NCBI GenBank assembly: GCA_964356795.1
Contig: CAYHIK010000003.1
Location: forward strand, 19,004-83,003
Source: an uncultured Candidatus Saccharibacteria bacterium
GTDB taxonomy: Bacteria; Patescibacteriota; Minisyncoccia; 2-02-FULL-40-12; GWA2-44-9
Direction of reading: 5' to 3'
Length of the DNA: 64,000 bases
Shown here: positions 28,960-38,379 of the stretch, one piece after another
How the letters are laid out: the number at the start of each line of letters is the position of its first letter
Numbering within the stretch: the first letter of the stretch is position 1
Notes under the pieces: model-generated
The model's input: the letters and a program-made list of their open reading frames with translations, nothing else
The model's database searches: none
What the model was told of the DNA's origin: nothing
Translations under genes and position numbers: made by a program

Positions 28960-29367
28960 CTAGTGAATGCGCGCCACTGCGCTCTTCTTCTTAATCATCC
29001 GCCCCCTGTCGTAGAACCGGACGGTTACCCAAACTTCGCCAGCGCCACTAAACATCATTGACCTGGACACCGAGTATCGATCGCGTTGCTCGGGGGCTGG
29101 TGTCGCCGCCGCTTCGTTCACGCAATTCCCCTGCTCACGCTCAATGAGTTCAAACGCTGTCGCGTGCTTCCACTCCCACTCGACATCCGCGCACCAGAGT
29201 TCGTCGCTCATATTCTTGATGAGGAGCATTGCGGTGAGCCTTCTGCCATACGCAGAGGCTGGGGAATTTCTTGGGGTGACAATGAGCTTGATGCTGGAGT
29301 TCGGATCTTCTTGCTGATTCGGAACCCCACCGAATGCAAGCAGTGCTACAAGTGCGAATGCGAGCAT
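28960..29367 (-). CDS. Secreted beta-rich hypothetical protein (orphan cassette)
   Basis: Start set at MLAFALVALLAF (signal peptide); AAGGAGG SD, TTGACA-17-TACCGT promoter. Confidence 0.7.
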   Translation of the reverse strand: MLAFALVALLAFGGVPNQQEDPNSSIKLIVTPRNSPASAYGRRLTAMLLIKNMSDELWCADVEWEWKHATAFELIEREQGNCVNEAAATPAPEQRDRYSVSRSMMFSGAGEVWVTVRFYDRGRMIKKKSAVARIH

Positions 29368-29461
29368 GGCATCCCTCCTTCGGTTGCGGATTACGGTACC
29401 CCCGCTACGCCCAAGTGTCAATATATACCCTCTCAATGTGCGTGCTACAATGCCGAGCATT

Positions 29462-30157
29462 ATGTCGCGTATTGTTTTTGATATCGAAACAGTTGGCGTG
29501 GAGTTTGCCTCGCTCGATGAGCAGGCACAGGAATATCTCCTGAAAGCTGCGCGGACTCCTGAAGAGCGGGAGCTCGTACCCGAACAGTTAAGCTTCTCCC
29601 CACTTACAGGAAGTATCGTTGCTATCGCAATGGCAAATCCAGACACCGGAAACGGCGCGGTGTATTATCAGTCTCCGGATACACGTCAGAAGGATTTCAC
29701 CGAAGATGGCGTTACCTATGTTGCGGGCACCGAAGCTGAGATATTGAAACAGTTCTGGAGTACGATTTCATTCTATGATCAATTCGTGACGTTCAACGGC
29801 CGAGCATTCGACTGTCCGTATCTCATGGTGCGCTCGGCTATTCATAAGATAAAACCGTCAAAGAATCTTGTTCCCTATCGATATGGCGACGAGCACATCG
29901 ATCTCTATGACCGGCTCGGATTTTTCGGCGCTGTGCGGAGGACGATGAGCTTGCATATGTGGTGTCAGGCGTTTGGGATACGCTCAAGTAAATCCGGCGG
30001 CATCACGGGTCACGAAGTTCCTGAGTATTTCCGCGCACAGCGATACCAAGAAATTGCGCGGTATTGCTATGATGACATACGAGCAACCGCTGAGCTATTT
30101 GAGTATTGGAATACGTATATTAATATCCCCGACCATGGAGTACGATTCCGTCGATGA
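29462..30157 (+). CDS. RNase H-like / PolB-type 3'-5' exonuclease (DEDD)
   Basis: VFDIET, TFNGRAFDCPYL, HIDL, YCYDD. Confidence 0.88.
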   Translation: MSRIVFDIETVGVEFASLDEQAQEYLLKAARTPEERELVPEQLSFSPLTGSIVAIAMANPDTGNGAVYYQSPDTRQKDFTEDGVTYVAGTEAEILKQFWSTISFYDQFVTFNGRAFDCPYLMVRSAIHKIKPSKNLVPYRYGDEHIDLYDRLGFFGAVRRTMSLHMWCQAFGIRSSKSGGITGHEVPEYFRAQRYQEIARYCYDDIRATAELFEYWNTYINIPDHGVRFRR

Positions 30158-30878
30158 ATTTCGCCAGCGCGCCGGGTATGACATAGATGGGACTTGGTAT
30201 CCACGCGTGACCTCGATTGTGTCTATCAAGACAAAGCCGGCCCTCCTACGCTACTACGGTGGGATGCGGAGCTTTAAGGCGGCAGATGACGCAAAGGAAG
30301 CGAGCGCACGTGAAGGAACGATGGTCCACGAGGCGGTTGAAGCTATTATGCGTGGGAATCACGAATACAAGCCTGATCCCCTCATACAGCCGTCTGTAGA
30401 CGCCTTTTCTGAATTCTTGAGGAATACCGATGTTGAACCACTCCTCGTTGAAGATCGTGTCGTGAGTCGCGAGCACGGATTTGCGGGGACCGTTGATATG
30501 GTTGCACGCGTTGATGGGCGGGTGGGCATATTAGATATCAAGACAGGTAAGCGTATCTATCGCGATTACGGCATGCAGACGTCGGCGTACGTTCACGCTG
30601 TGTCAGAGATGGGAGTTGTGCCTACCCCGACTACGAGTTGGGTGCTTCGGCTCGATCAGGCACGAACCTGTGAGTTGTGTGGGGTTACGCTTCGCACAAA
30701 GGGCGGTACGTTCCGAGTGAGTGCGGGTGGGAAGGGCTGTACGCATCGTTGGGGCCTCATGACGGGGCAGTTCGAGCTCCAAGAGCTATTCGAGACTCAA
30801 AAAAACTTTACCGCCTTCCTCGCGTCAAAAACTCTTTGGGAGTGGGAGTATGAGGAGTATCTCAAGATATTGAAATAA
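30135..30878 (+). CDS. PD-(D/E)XK nuclease family protein
   Basis: YPRVTSI, GTMVH, AGTVD, ILDIKTG, Q..AY, CxxC...C. Confidence 0.85.
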   Translation: MEYDSVDEFRQRAGYDIDGTWYPRVTSIVSIKTKPALLRYYGGMRSFKAADDAKEASAREGTMVHEAVEAIMRGNHEYKPDPLIQPSVDAFSEFLRNTDVEPLLVEDRVVSREHGFAGTVDMVARVDGRVGILDIKTGKRIYRDYGMQTSAYVHAVSEMGVVPTPTTSWVLRLDQARTCELCGVTLRTKGGTFRVSAGGKGCTHRWGLMTGQFELQELFETQKNFTAFLASKTLWEWEYEEYLKILK

Positions 30879-30903
30879 AAAGCAACGACACTTTGTCGTT
30901 GCT
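30877..30903. terminator. Terminator between convergent genes
   Basis: AGCAACGACA-CTT-TGTCGTTGCT with flanking A-run. Confidence 0.7.
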
Positions 30904-30909
30904 GGGAAG

Positions 30910-31353
30910 CTACTCATCATTGGATGGGAGCTCGCCTTCAGAAAGGACCTTGACTCTAAGGGTTTGAATGATGTCAGCTGCAAGATGCAGCACGCGTCGC
31001 TCGACGTCGCTGACAACATGGTGCGTAGTCTCGCGAATGAGCTTTGCCAGGGGGACGCTCTTGTTCGCAAAATATTCACACACCGCAGCGTCTTTGGAAT
31101 CTTCAATCTCTTTGTCGGCTTCTCGTCGAGTCAGAAGATTCGCGCCTAATCGCTCGAAGTGCAAACACCGATTATCGCAAAATCCTTCGGGACGCAATCG
31201 GTACTGACCCTCGGGAGATCCGTAGGGACAGCGTACTTTTGCATCAATCCAGCACGCATCTTTCTGCTGTCGATGTTCGTCTTCGTTAAGAACCACGAGC
31301 CCCGCCGCATCGGCAAGGTGGATGATTTGGTCTCGAAGAGCTTGCGCGTCCAT
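30910..31353 (-). CDS. Hypothetical Cys-containing protein (orphan cassette)
   Basis: GGAGG SD, TTGCCG-17-TACTGT promoter. Confidence 0.68.
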   Translation of the reverse strand: MDAQALRDQIIHLADAAGLVVLNEDEHRQQKDACWIDAKVRCPYGSPEGQYRLRPEGFCDNRCLHFERLGANLLTRREADKEIEDSKDAAVCEYFANKSVPLAKLIRETTHHVVSDVERRVLHLAADIIQTLRVKVLSEGELPSNDE

Positions 31354-31376
31354 TGTCAACCTCCGAAGCTACAGTA

Positions 31377-31775
31377 TCATTCGGTGCAATTGCCGGCAAG
31401 CGAGTAACCGGCTGACTGGGCATCTTCAGGCGAGGGAAACCAAACGCGGTTCGATTCTTTGATGGTGGAGGCCCCCGAGCACCATGTGAAGTGGTATTTC
31501 TTTGATGATGATAGCTTTGAGGCAACAACGCGTCGGTCTGAGTGGTCCACATTTGACTGGCGACTCCCCTGCTTTACACTGGGCTCTGGAGTTTTGGACT
31601 GTTCCACGGGTATGCGAAACAGTGCCTGTTCTTGGGCTGGAATGGCGCCGTACCGTGTCGCAATGACGCCTAGATTAAAGGCTGACCAGGAGCACCCGAG
31701 AAGAATGAGGAGTCTCCAGATGTCCTCTCTGTGGGATTTGACGATGTCTCGTATCTTTGCTATTATGGTGCTCAC
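31377..31775 (-). CDS. Membrane-anchored protein with Ada metal-binding-like C-terminal domain
   Basis: TM then VASK...KYH..WC......I...N..WF.S...A..AGY....C. Confidence 0.8.
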   Translation of the reverse strand: MSTIIAKIRDIVKSHREDIWRLLILLGCSWSAFNLGVIATRYGAIPAQEQALFRIPVEQSKTPEPSVKQGSRQSNVDHSDRRVVASKLSSSKKYHFTWCSGASTIKESNRVWFPSPEDAQSAGYSLAGNCTE

Positions 31776-31836
31776 GTGTTGAGTTTGACATCCCGAACCT
31801 CCACGTTTTATCAGATATCACTAATTTAAGCCACCC

Positions 31837-32109
31837 ATGGCACATACAAAAGCGATAGGATCTACGCAGCTGGGTCGCGATAGTCAGCCGCAATATCGTG
31901 GCATAAAGCTTCATGATGGAGAAAAAGCAAAAATCGGTAGCATTATTGTCCGACAAATGGGCAGCTCTGTTTTCGCGGGCGCGGGTGTAAAGACCGGTTC
32001 TGACTACACGCTCTACTCGATGAAGGTGGGTACGGTGCGATTTAGCACAAAACGTCGCAAGTCCTATGACGGCTCATACCGAGTTGCAAAAGTAGTCTCC
32101 GTTGAGTAG
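31837..32109 (+). CDS. rpmA: 50S ribosomal protein L27
   Basis: MAHTKAIGST..GRDS, IIVRQ. Confidence 0.97.
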   Translation: MAHTKAIGSTQLGRDSQPQYRGIKLHDGEKAKIGSIIVRQMGSSVFAGAGVKTGSDYTLYSMKVGTVRFSTKRRKSYDGSYRVAKVVSVE

Positions 32110-32155
32110 CTCTTACTCACCACAATAAACCCCCCGTCGCGGGGGTTCATTGTGG

Positions 32156-32602
32156 TTATTCGGCGGTGATGTGGAGCGTGAATGATGGCTTGATTGACTC
32201 AGAAAGATGGACGACGATTCTGAAGTCGCCAATGCTTTTTATCGGAGATGGGATATGAATCATGCTTGCATCAATCTGGCTGCCGACGGCCTTGTGTAAA
32301 GCGTCTGCGATATGATGCTCGGAGAAGCCAGAGAATAGAGTTCCCTTCTCATTTGCACGTCCTCGTAATGTAAGAGCCACCCCCTCCACACGACCCGCAA
32401 GCTCTCGTATTCGGGATTCCTCAGCTTGCGCCTGAGATGCTCTCTGTTCGCCTCGGAGAGCAGCTTCACGAATTATTCCACCATCGGCGGGCTTCCCCTT
32501 TCGACGCGGAAAGAGAAAATTGCGAGCATAGCCATCGCTCACCTCTTTGATATCTCCCACCCTTCCAATACCTTTTACATTGTCGAGTAAGAGGACCTTC
32601 AT
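32156..32602 (-). CDS. rplI: 50S ribosomal protein L9
   Basis: [28 protein letters not shown]. Confidence 0.96.
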   Translation of the reverse strand: MKVLLLDNVKGIGRVGDIKEVSDGYARNFLFPRRKGKPADGGIIREAALRGEQRASQAQAEESRIRELAGRVEGVALTLRGRANEKGTLFSGFSEHHIADALHKAVGSQIDASMIHIPSPIKSIGDFRIVVHLSESIKPSFTLHITAE

Positions 32603-32609
32603 GGGATCA

Positions 32610-33845
32610 TTAGCGATTTTGCATAACCTCAACGGCGCGATCAAGCTGCGGGTCTTTTCCGGGCACCCCAAGCTCCCATCCATTCTTCTCATAATCCTCT
32701 ACTGTCATAAGAACCTCAATCGTTGGCGCAATGCCAGTCTCGGAGATGCTGACGCCATTTGGTGTGAGCCATTTTGCAACGGTGACTTTGAGTGACGAGC
32801 CGTTATAGAAGGACTCTAGTTGTTGAACCGAGCCCTTCCCAAATGATTTTTCGCCAATGAGCTCTATACCCCGGATATCATGAAGTGCTCCTGCAAGAAT
32901 TTCTGCAGCAGATGCGGATCCGCCGTTCATGAGAACGGTTATGGGCGTTGAGGCGAGGCGAGCGTTGCCCGTTGTGCGTAATTGATCGATATGGCCATCG
33001 CTGAACTGTTCTTGCACGACGAGGCTGTCGGATGGGAGCATCCAGCCGGCGAGGTAGATGGCGGAGTCGAGGAGGCCTCCTGGGTTATTGCGGACATCCA
33101 AAATGATACCTCGCGCTCCAGCGGTTTGTATTTCTTTTACTGCGAGCGCGAACTCAGCGTCGAGGTTCCCATTGAACGAGTATACCTGAAGGTGTGCAAT
33201 TGCATTGGGAAGCATAACCCAGTCGACAGCAGGAACGCGAATCGTGTCTCGTACAATTGAAAAATTGACAAGCTGCTCCGCACCTTTTCGAGCAATTGAG
33301 AGCCGCACAGTCGTCCCCTTCTTTCCGCGAATCAGAGAAACCGCCTCATCGACGTCCATGCCTTCGGTTGACGTGTCATCAATCGTAATGATAATGTCAC
33401 CCGCTCGGATGCCCGCAGCGATTGCGGGTGAGTTTTTGATGGGAGAAATAACGGTGATGGCCGAGCCTCGCATACCGATTTCCATCCCAACTCCTGAAAA
33501 CGCGCCACTCACCTCTTCCTGAAACTTCTTGCTCGTAGTTGGTTCAAAGAATGTTGTGTATGGGTCCCCTGCAGCTTGTACCATCCCTGAGATTGCACCA
33601 TAGACGAGTTTTTGTGAGTCGAGTTTTTGCTGATCAACGAATGACTCGTGAAGCTTGTCCCAGACCTGCCAAAATAAACCAAAATCAATTGCAGAATCTT
33701 TGCCCAAGTCTTTATTAATAATCTCCCGAATGATCGAGTCTGCGGCTACTGCGTTCTGGTGTTTGATGTATTGCGTTCCGCCGAAAAAACCAGCGAGAAG
33801 TGCGACAGCTATTGCGGAGATAAGAATAATTCGTTGACGTTGCAT
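32610..33845 (-). CDS. ctpA: S41 carboxyl-terminal processing protease (PDZ)
   Basis: [34 protein letters not shown]. Confidence 0.95.
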   Translation of the reverse strand: MQRQRIILISAIAVALLAGFFGGTQYIKHQNAVAADSIIREIINKDLGKDSAIDFGLFWQVWDKLHESFVDQQKLDSQKLVYGAISGMVQAAGDPYTTFFEPTTSKKFQEEVSGAFSGVGMEIGMRGSAITVISPIKNSPAIAAGIRAGDIIITIDDTSTEGMDVDEAVSLIRGKKGTTVRLSIARKGAEQLVNFSIVRDTIRVPAVDWVMLPNAIAHLQVYSFNGNLDAEFALAVKEIQTAGARGIILDVRNNPGGLLDSAIYLAGWMLPSDSLVVQEQFSDGHIDQLRTTGNARLASTPITVLMNGGSASAAEILAGALHDIRGIELIGEKSFGKGSVQQLESFYNGSSLKVTVAKWLTPNGVSISETGIAPTIEVLMTVEDYEKNGWELGVPGKDPQLDRAVEVMQNR

Positions 33846-33853
33846 GAAGTGAA

Positions 33854-34702
33854 TTAATTGGTTAGTGCTGGTTGGTGATAGCGCGAGAGTGTTTCGGGGC
33901 GTATTCCAGAAATTCCATTCTTCTTAAAATAGTTCCATGCGTCCTTGATATGCCAGCGGGTTTCCTTTCGGAAGAATATATCCAACAGTCCAAATCTGCC
34001 CTTTGATTGCCGTTGATGATAGTGGTACATCCGCGCAGTCGGCACGTAGTGAACTGCTTGTCCATTTTCCCAAAAGCGGCGCGCCCAGTCAACTTCACTG
34101 AGATAGAGAAAAAGCGTCTCGTCTAGGTGTCCGACATGTTCAAGCGCTGCGCGAGATACCATGAGCGACGAACCCATCATCCAGTCCACGGGAAGTGGCG
34201 CGGTGAGGTCGGAGTCGTGCATCACAAAATGATTGCGGATAGATTGAGTGAACGGTATGGAGATGCGCCGGAGCGCCATAACAAGTGGAGTATAAAAGCG
34301 AAAACAGGAGTCCTGTCGAGTTGTATCAAAATTCAAGAGCATGGGCCCCACAAGGCCAACGTCTGGATGCTCTCGCAGGTATTTTATGAGTGTTTCAATC
34401 GACCCTGGGAGGGCAACAATGTCGGGATTGAGAATTAAGACATGTTCCCCTATTGCCCGCCTGAGCCCCTCGTTGACCCCGCGCGTATACCCAGTGTTTT
34501 CTCGAAAAGGAATGAGATGGCAATGGTCAAATAAGTCCCCGCAGTCGTGGGTAACGACATTTCGCGTTTCGATAGAGCTCGCAGAATCTACAACAATGAC
34601 TTCGTAGTCGAGGCGTGCTCCCAACGCGCGATGAAGCGAGGTGAGCGAGAGTCGCAGAAGCGCGGCATTTTTAAAATTAACAATGATAACGGAAAGGGTC
34701 AT
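33854..34702 (-). CDS. Glycosyltransferase family 2 (WbbL-like)
   Basis: LSVIIVNF, VIVVDSAS, LILNPD, VDW..G, DE..FLY. Confidence 0.9.
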   Translation of the reverse strand: MTLSVIIVNFKNAALLRLSLTSLHRALGARLDYEVIVVDSASSIETRNVVTHDCGDLFDHCHLIPFRENTGYTRGVNEGLRRAIGEHVLILNPDIVALPGSIETLIKYLREHPDVGLVGPMLLNFDTTRQDSCFRFYTPLVMALRRISIPFTQSIRNHFVMHDSDLTAPLPVDWMMGSSLMVSRAALEHVGHLDETLFLYLSEVDWARRFWENGQAVHYVPTARMYHYHQRQSKGRFGLLDIFFRKETRWHIKDAWNYFKKNGISGIRPETLSRYHQPALTN

Positions 34703-35766
34703 GGAGTATTCGAGAGCGTCGGAGATGGTGTGGGCGTCCAGATTCGTGGCCTCGTATTCAAAATTGAAGCGATATAGTCCTTGATGTGTGCGAGGGTGTC
34801 ACCAAGGGGAAGAAGCTCATAGATGCCATTAATCTTTGCTTCATAGAGTAGATTTTCCGTTGTAAGGTGGTAGCGTTTGAGTTGTGATAATTTATCTTGC
34901 TGAAGTAAGAGGTCGCGCATGTTGCCGAGGTCGAATACGTTGAGATCGGTTTCCATATGCTTACGAATAGCGCTGACGAGATTAATTGCTTGTATTGGGT
35001 CCTCGGATAGATTGAGGTCCGCAACTTTATTTTTGATGCCAAGAATAACCTGCATTTGGCGTCGTGAGCGGTCGAAATCGCTACTCCCATAACGACTGCG
35101 CACATAGTAAAGCGCCTGATCGCCATTGAGCGTGTTGGCGCCGGCGGGAAGCGAGAAGGAGTATCCCCACTGCTCCTCTTCAGTAAATGGTTGGTCGAGC
35201 GTGATGGTGACGCCACCAAGTGTGTCGACGACGCTCTTAAATGCTTCAAAATCGATTACAACGATGTTATCAATGGAAACCCCAAGAATTCTACTGAAGA
35301 GCTTCTTGGTTCCAGAGATGCCGTAGTGTGCGTACACGGAGTTTATCTTTCCCGTTTGTTCATCAGTAACCCGTATGGTGAGATCACGCGGAATAGATGT
35401 GAGCGCAGCGGCTCCGGTGCTTGGATAAGATGTGAACAGCATGATGGTGTCGGTGAGGAGGCCCCCGTTGGCGACGTCGTCCTTTCCTCGCATGCCGAGC
35501 ACAAGAATATCGAGTCGTGAATTATCTTTTTGTGGGAGCGTGTACTCGGGATCTTTATCAATCGGAATGATAGTCGGAGGCAATTCGCGCTCAATCGGTG
35601 TTCCTGGGGCGACAAAGTTTACAACGGAAATTGTGGCACTCTTGAACATATGGAAAAAGCGCGCAAAAAAGATCGCAGCCACGATTGCTATAATCGCAAT
35701 ACCTGCTCGGAGTGCATAGAGCTTATAGGGGCGACGTATGGGTTGCTGGGTGTAGTCAGTGTTCAT
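34699..35766 (-). CDS. LytR-CpsA-Psr (LCP) family glycopolymer transferase
   Basis: ILVLG, TDTIM, SIPRD, KIN..Y, YVRSR, SDFDR..RQ. Confidence 0.93.
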   Translation of the reverse strand: MNTDYTQQPIRRPYKLYALRAGIAIIAIVAAIFFARFFHMFKSATISVVNFVAPGTPIERELPPTIIPIDKDPEYTLPQKDNSRLDILVLGMRGKDDVANGGLLTDTIMLFTSYPSTGAAALTSIPRDLTIRVTDEQTGKINSVYAHYGISGTKKLFSRILGVSIDNIVVIDFEAFKSVVDTLGGVTITLDQPFTEEEQWGYSFSLPAGANTLNGDQALYYVRSRYGSSDFDRSRRQMQVILGIKNKVADLNLSEDPIQAINLVSAIRKHMETDLNVFDLGNMRDLLLQQDKLSQLKRYHLTTENLLYEAKINGIYELLPLGDTLAHIKDYIASILNTRPRIWTPTPSPTLSNTP

Positions 35767-35768
35767 AG

Positions 35769-36797
35769 CTATCGATACCAGGCGTGAATTGTGCGGGGTG
35801 TTGCTACGGCCTTTTTCTGCACTCCCCTTCTGCGTGCCAGCATTCGTGGGAGAAGTCGCGCAAAGCGGAATAACTCAAGCAAGACTGCTGGCTCAAAAAG
35901 AAGTGTGTATATGAGCGTGCTTATCTCTCTTGCGGCTATCCATGGCAAGTCCCTCAGAATGTTTACTATATAATCATTTTTGATAATTGTAAATCGCACA
36001 TTTGACCAATCAAGTCTTCGTTTTTTGATGGGAATAGTTCTTCGAAGTGCAATGCGTTTGAAGTGTTCGGAGAATGATTTCGCGACGCCCTTGGTTGTTG
36101 AGCGGTCGTGCCATGCGATAATCTCGGGACGAAATACTTGGCGCAATCCAAAAACAGAGAGGCGCCATGCGAGGTCGAGGTCGTCCCCATACCAAAAATA
36201 ATCTGGGTCGATAAGCATTCCACCCACGCGAGCCCGCTCAAGTGCGGTTCGACGGAATAGAGGGACCGCGCCTTCAACGCCAAATATATCCTGCGGATGA
36301 CTATATGTATCGTTATCGATTTCGCCATGGCCGATATTGATGACCTGTCGGGCGCGAGAAAGTGTAAATCCGCAGGTGTCCAAGACGCGCGTCTGGAGTG
36401 CGCTATTCCTTTCGCGCTCGTAGTTCGAATATGCGTATTGGTATACTTTCGGCTGAATTGCCGAGATGCTCTCATCGGAAAAGGCGCGCACTGCACGCTC
36501 GATGAAGTGGCAATCCAAAATAACATCAACGGATAGCACCACAATGAAGGGTGCATCTGATTCTCGGAGGAGGAGTTCTTGTGCTGGCCACATGCCGATA
36601 TTTTGTGTCCCTTGGATGATGCGGAATGGCGCATATTCACTCTGAATAATCTTCGCCGTGTCATCGGTCGATGCGTTGTCGTACACCAGCACCTCGACGT
36701 CATTCGTTAATTGCGCCATGACGGCATCAAGGCACGCCCGTATGTAGCGGGAACCATTATGCACTACGAGTTGAACGACAACGTTAGGATTTCGCAT
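35769..36797 (-). CDS. Glycosyltransferase family 2
   Basis: VYDNASTD, YFWYGDDLDLAWR. Confidence 0.88.
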   Translation of the reverse strand: MRNPNVVVQLVVHNGSRYIRACLDAVMAQLTNDVEVLVYDNASTDDTAKIIQSEYAPFRIIQGTQNIGMWPAQELLLRESDAPFIVVLSVDVILDCHFIERAVRAFSDESISAIQPKVYQYAYSNYERERNSALQTRVLDTCGFTLSRARQVINIGHGEIDNDTYSHPQDIFGVEGAVPLFRRTALERARVGGMLIDPDYFWYGDDLDLAWRLSVFGLRQVFRPEIIAWHDRSTTKGVAKSFSEHFKRIALRRTIPIKKRRLDWSNVRFTIIKNDYIVNILRDLPWIAAREISTLIYTLLFEPAVLLELFRFARLLPRMLARRRGVQKKAVATPRTIHAWYR

Positions 36798-38379
36798 GGC
36801 TTGATGGGCGCGGAGTTGCTGACCAAACGAGGGCGCATATTACCGAAAAAAGAAGGAGCACGCGCTCATCAAATACGATGGGATCAGTCATCATATATGC
36901 GAGGAACCATGGCAAGCTGAGGAGCGTACCCGCTGAATAGAGGGTGGCGACACCATCAGATTCACGAAACCATACCCATACATCATGCCAAAGACGTAGA
37001 CAAAGCAGGACCACAACAACGAGAGATGCGACGCCCATTTCGGCGGCAACATGGAGGTAGAGATTGTGAGCCGTAGAGCCTGCTCGTCCGAGCTCGATGT
37101 CCTGCTCGAGAACGACGGGGAAATTTCCTAACCCGACACCAAGGAATGGGTGGCGAGCGATTGATCCTAATGATTGTTTCCAGATTTCGATGCGAAGGGA
37201 GTTCGATGTTTCTCCGAAATCAAGGACGCTCCGGATTCTATTGCCAAACATGGAGATATCTTGTTTTCCAAGGAGGAATTGAGGCGAGATAAAGATGGGC
37301 CATGCAACGCCAAACAATAAGAAGAATGCTATGAGGTATGCGGACGCATACGAAAATAGTTTTTTTCGGAGCTCGGTTATCTGAGATCGCCAGAGTAGCA
37401 TTCGATACAGCAACACCAAGAAGCATGCGACAACCGCGCCGACCCACATCCCGCGAGTGCCAGATAGAATAATGGCCAGATAGGCCGCAGGAACCCAGAG
37501 AATAGACCATGCGGCATAGGTCCGTGCCATCTGCATGAATGACGCATCCTGCGCCTTCCGGATGATGGGTGTGGCGCCAAGCGCGAGAAGTGCAGGGAGG
37601 CCGATGAGCACAAACGATGGAAATGAGTGCGAATCTGGAAAGAGCGAAAATACGCGAAGCGATAATTGATTGCCATAGTACGCAAGCCACGTGTTTCCGA
37701 CGTGCGTGGCGATGTATGACCATTCTGTACCGAACTGATTTCGCTGAATCCCCTCACCCCATATGCGCATGAATTGATACACATCGATGAGGTAGGTTGA
37801 GAGAAGCTGGAGGAATCCAACCACCACTACAATGCGAATGGGCGTGGCAATACTTTCTATGACCCGCTCAACGGAGAGTCGATTCATTCGGATGAGTGCC
37901 CAGAGCGTCATTGGCACAAGCGCTGCGTTCATAATGAGAACGTATCTTTTTATGCCCACCAGTACGTGTGCAGCGTTGAGAAGTGAGAGTGCTGCACCGA
38001 GGGTGAGGATGATGAATATTGTCCCGATGGGATACGCGCGAGCCCATCGGAGGGGTGATGTGTAGAGTAACCGCAATGAACGTGCGAGTGAGGCGCGTAC
38101 TGTGGGTTCCGCAATAAGGCGCGCAAAAATAATGAGTGCGATTGGTCGCCATAGGTTGAAGTTATCAAATGTTGCGCTCAGCGGGAGTGCCGTAAATAAC
38201 GGTATACATTGGACAAACATGAGCACAGCAGACTCGAGCGGGGCGAGTAGCGACCAATATGCAAGCAGAAGCGCTCCAAGGAATATGATTCGTCGATCTA
38301 CGAGGCCCGTGATGACAAGCGCAAAGATGATTGCGTATATGACGTACCATAGTGTGAGGTGTTTGCTTTGGAGCTTCAT
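36784..38379 (-). CDS. O-antigen ligase / Wzy-like polymerase
   Basis: Many TMs, LSGTRG, R..IW, P.LGVG.GNF, AHNLYL. Confidence 0.88.
   Translation of the reverse strand: MKLQSKHLTLWYVIYAIIFALVITGLVDRRIIFLGALLLAYWSLLAPLESAVLMFVQCIPLFTALPLSATFDNFNLWRPIALIIFARLIAEPTVRASLARSLRLLYTSPLRWARAYPIGTIFIILTLGAALSLLNAAHVLVGIKRYVLIMNAALVPMTLWALIRMNRLSVERVIESIATPIRIVVVVGFLQLLSTYLIDVYQFMRIWGEGIQRNQFGTEWSYIATHVGNTWLAYYGNQLSLRVFSLFPDSHSFPSFVLIGLPALLALGATPIIRKAQDASFMQMARTYAAWSILWVPAAYLAIILSGTRGMWVGAVVACFLVLLYRMLLWRSQITELRKKLFSYASAYLIAFFLLFGVAWPIFISPQFLLGKQDISMFGNRIRSVLDFGETSNSLRIEIWKQSLGSIARHPFLGVGLGNFPVVLEQDIELGRAGSTAHNLYLHVAAEMGVASLVVVVLLCLRLWHDVWVWFRESDGVATLYSAGTLLSLPWFLAYMMTDPIVFDERVLLLFSVICALVWSATPRPSSHAKS

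Noticed and set aside
30135-30878. Cas4 of a CRISPR adaptation module
   Set aside because: No cas1/cas2 or array nearby; motifs fit a generic PD-(D/E)XK exonuclease
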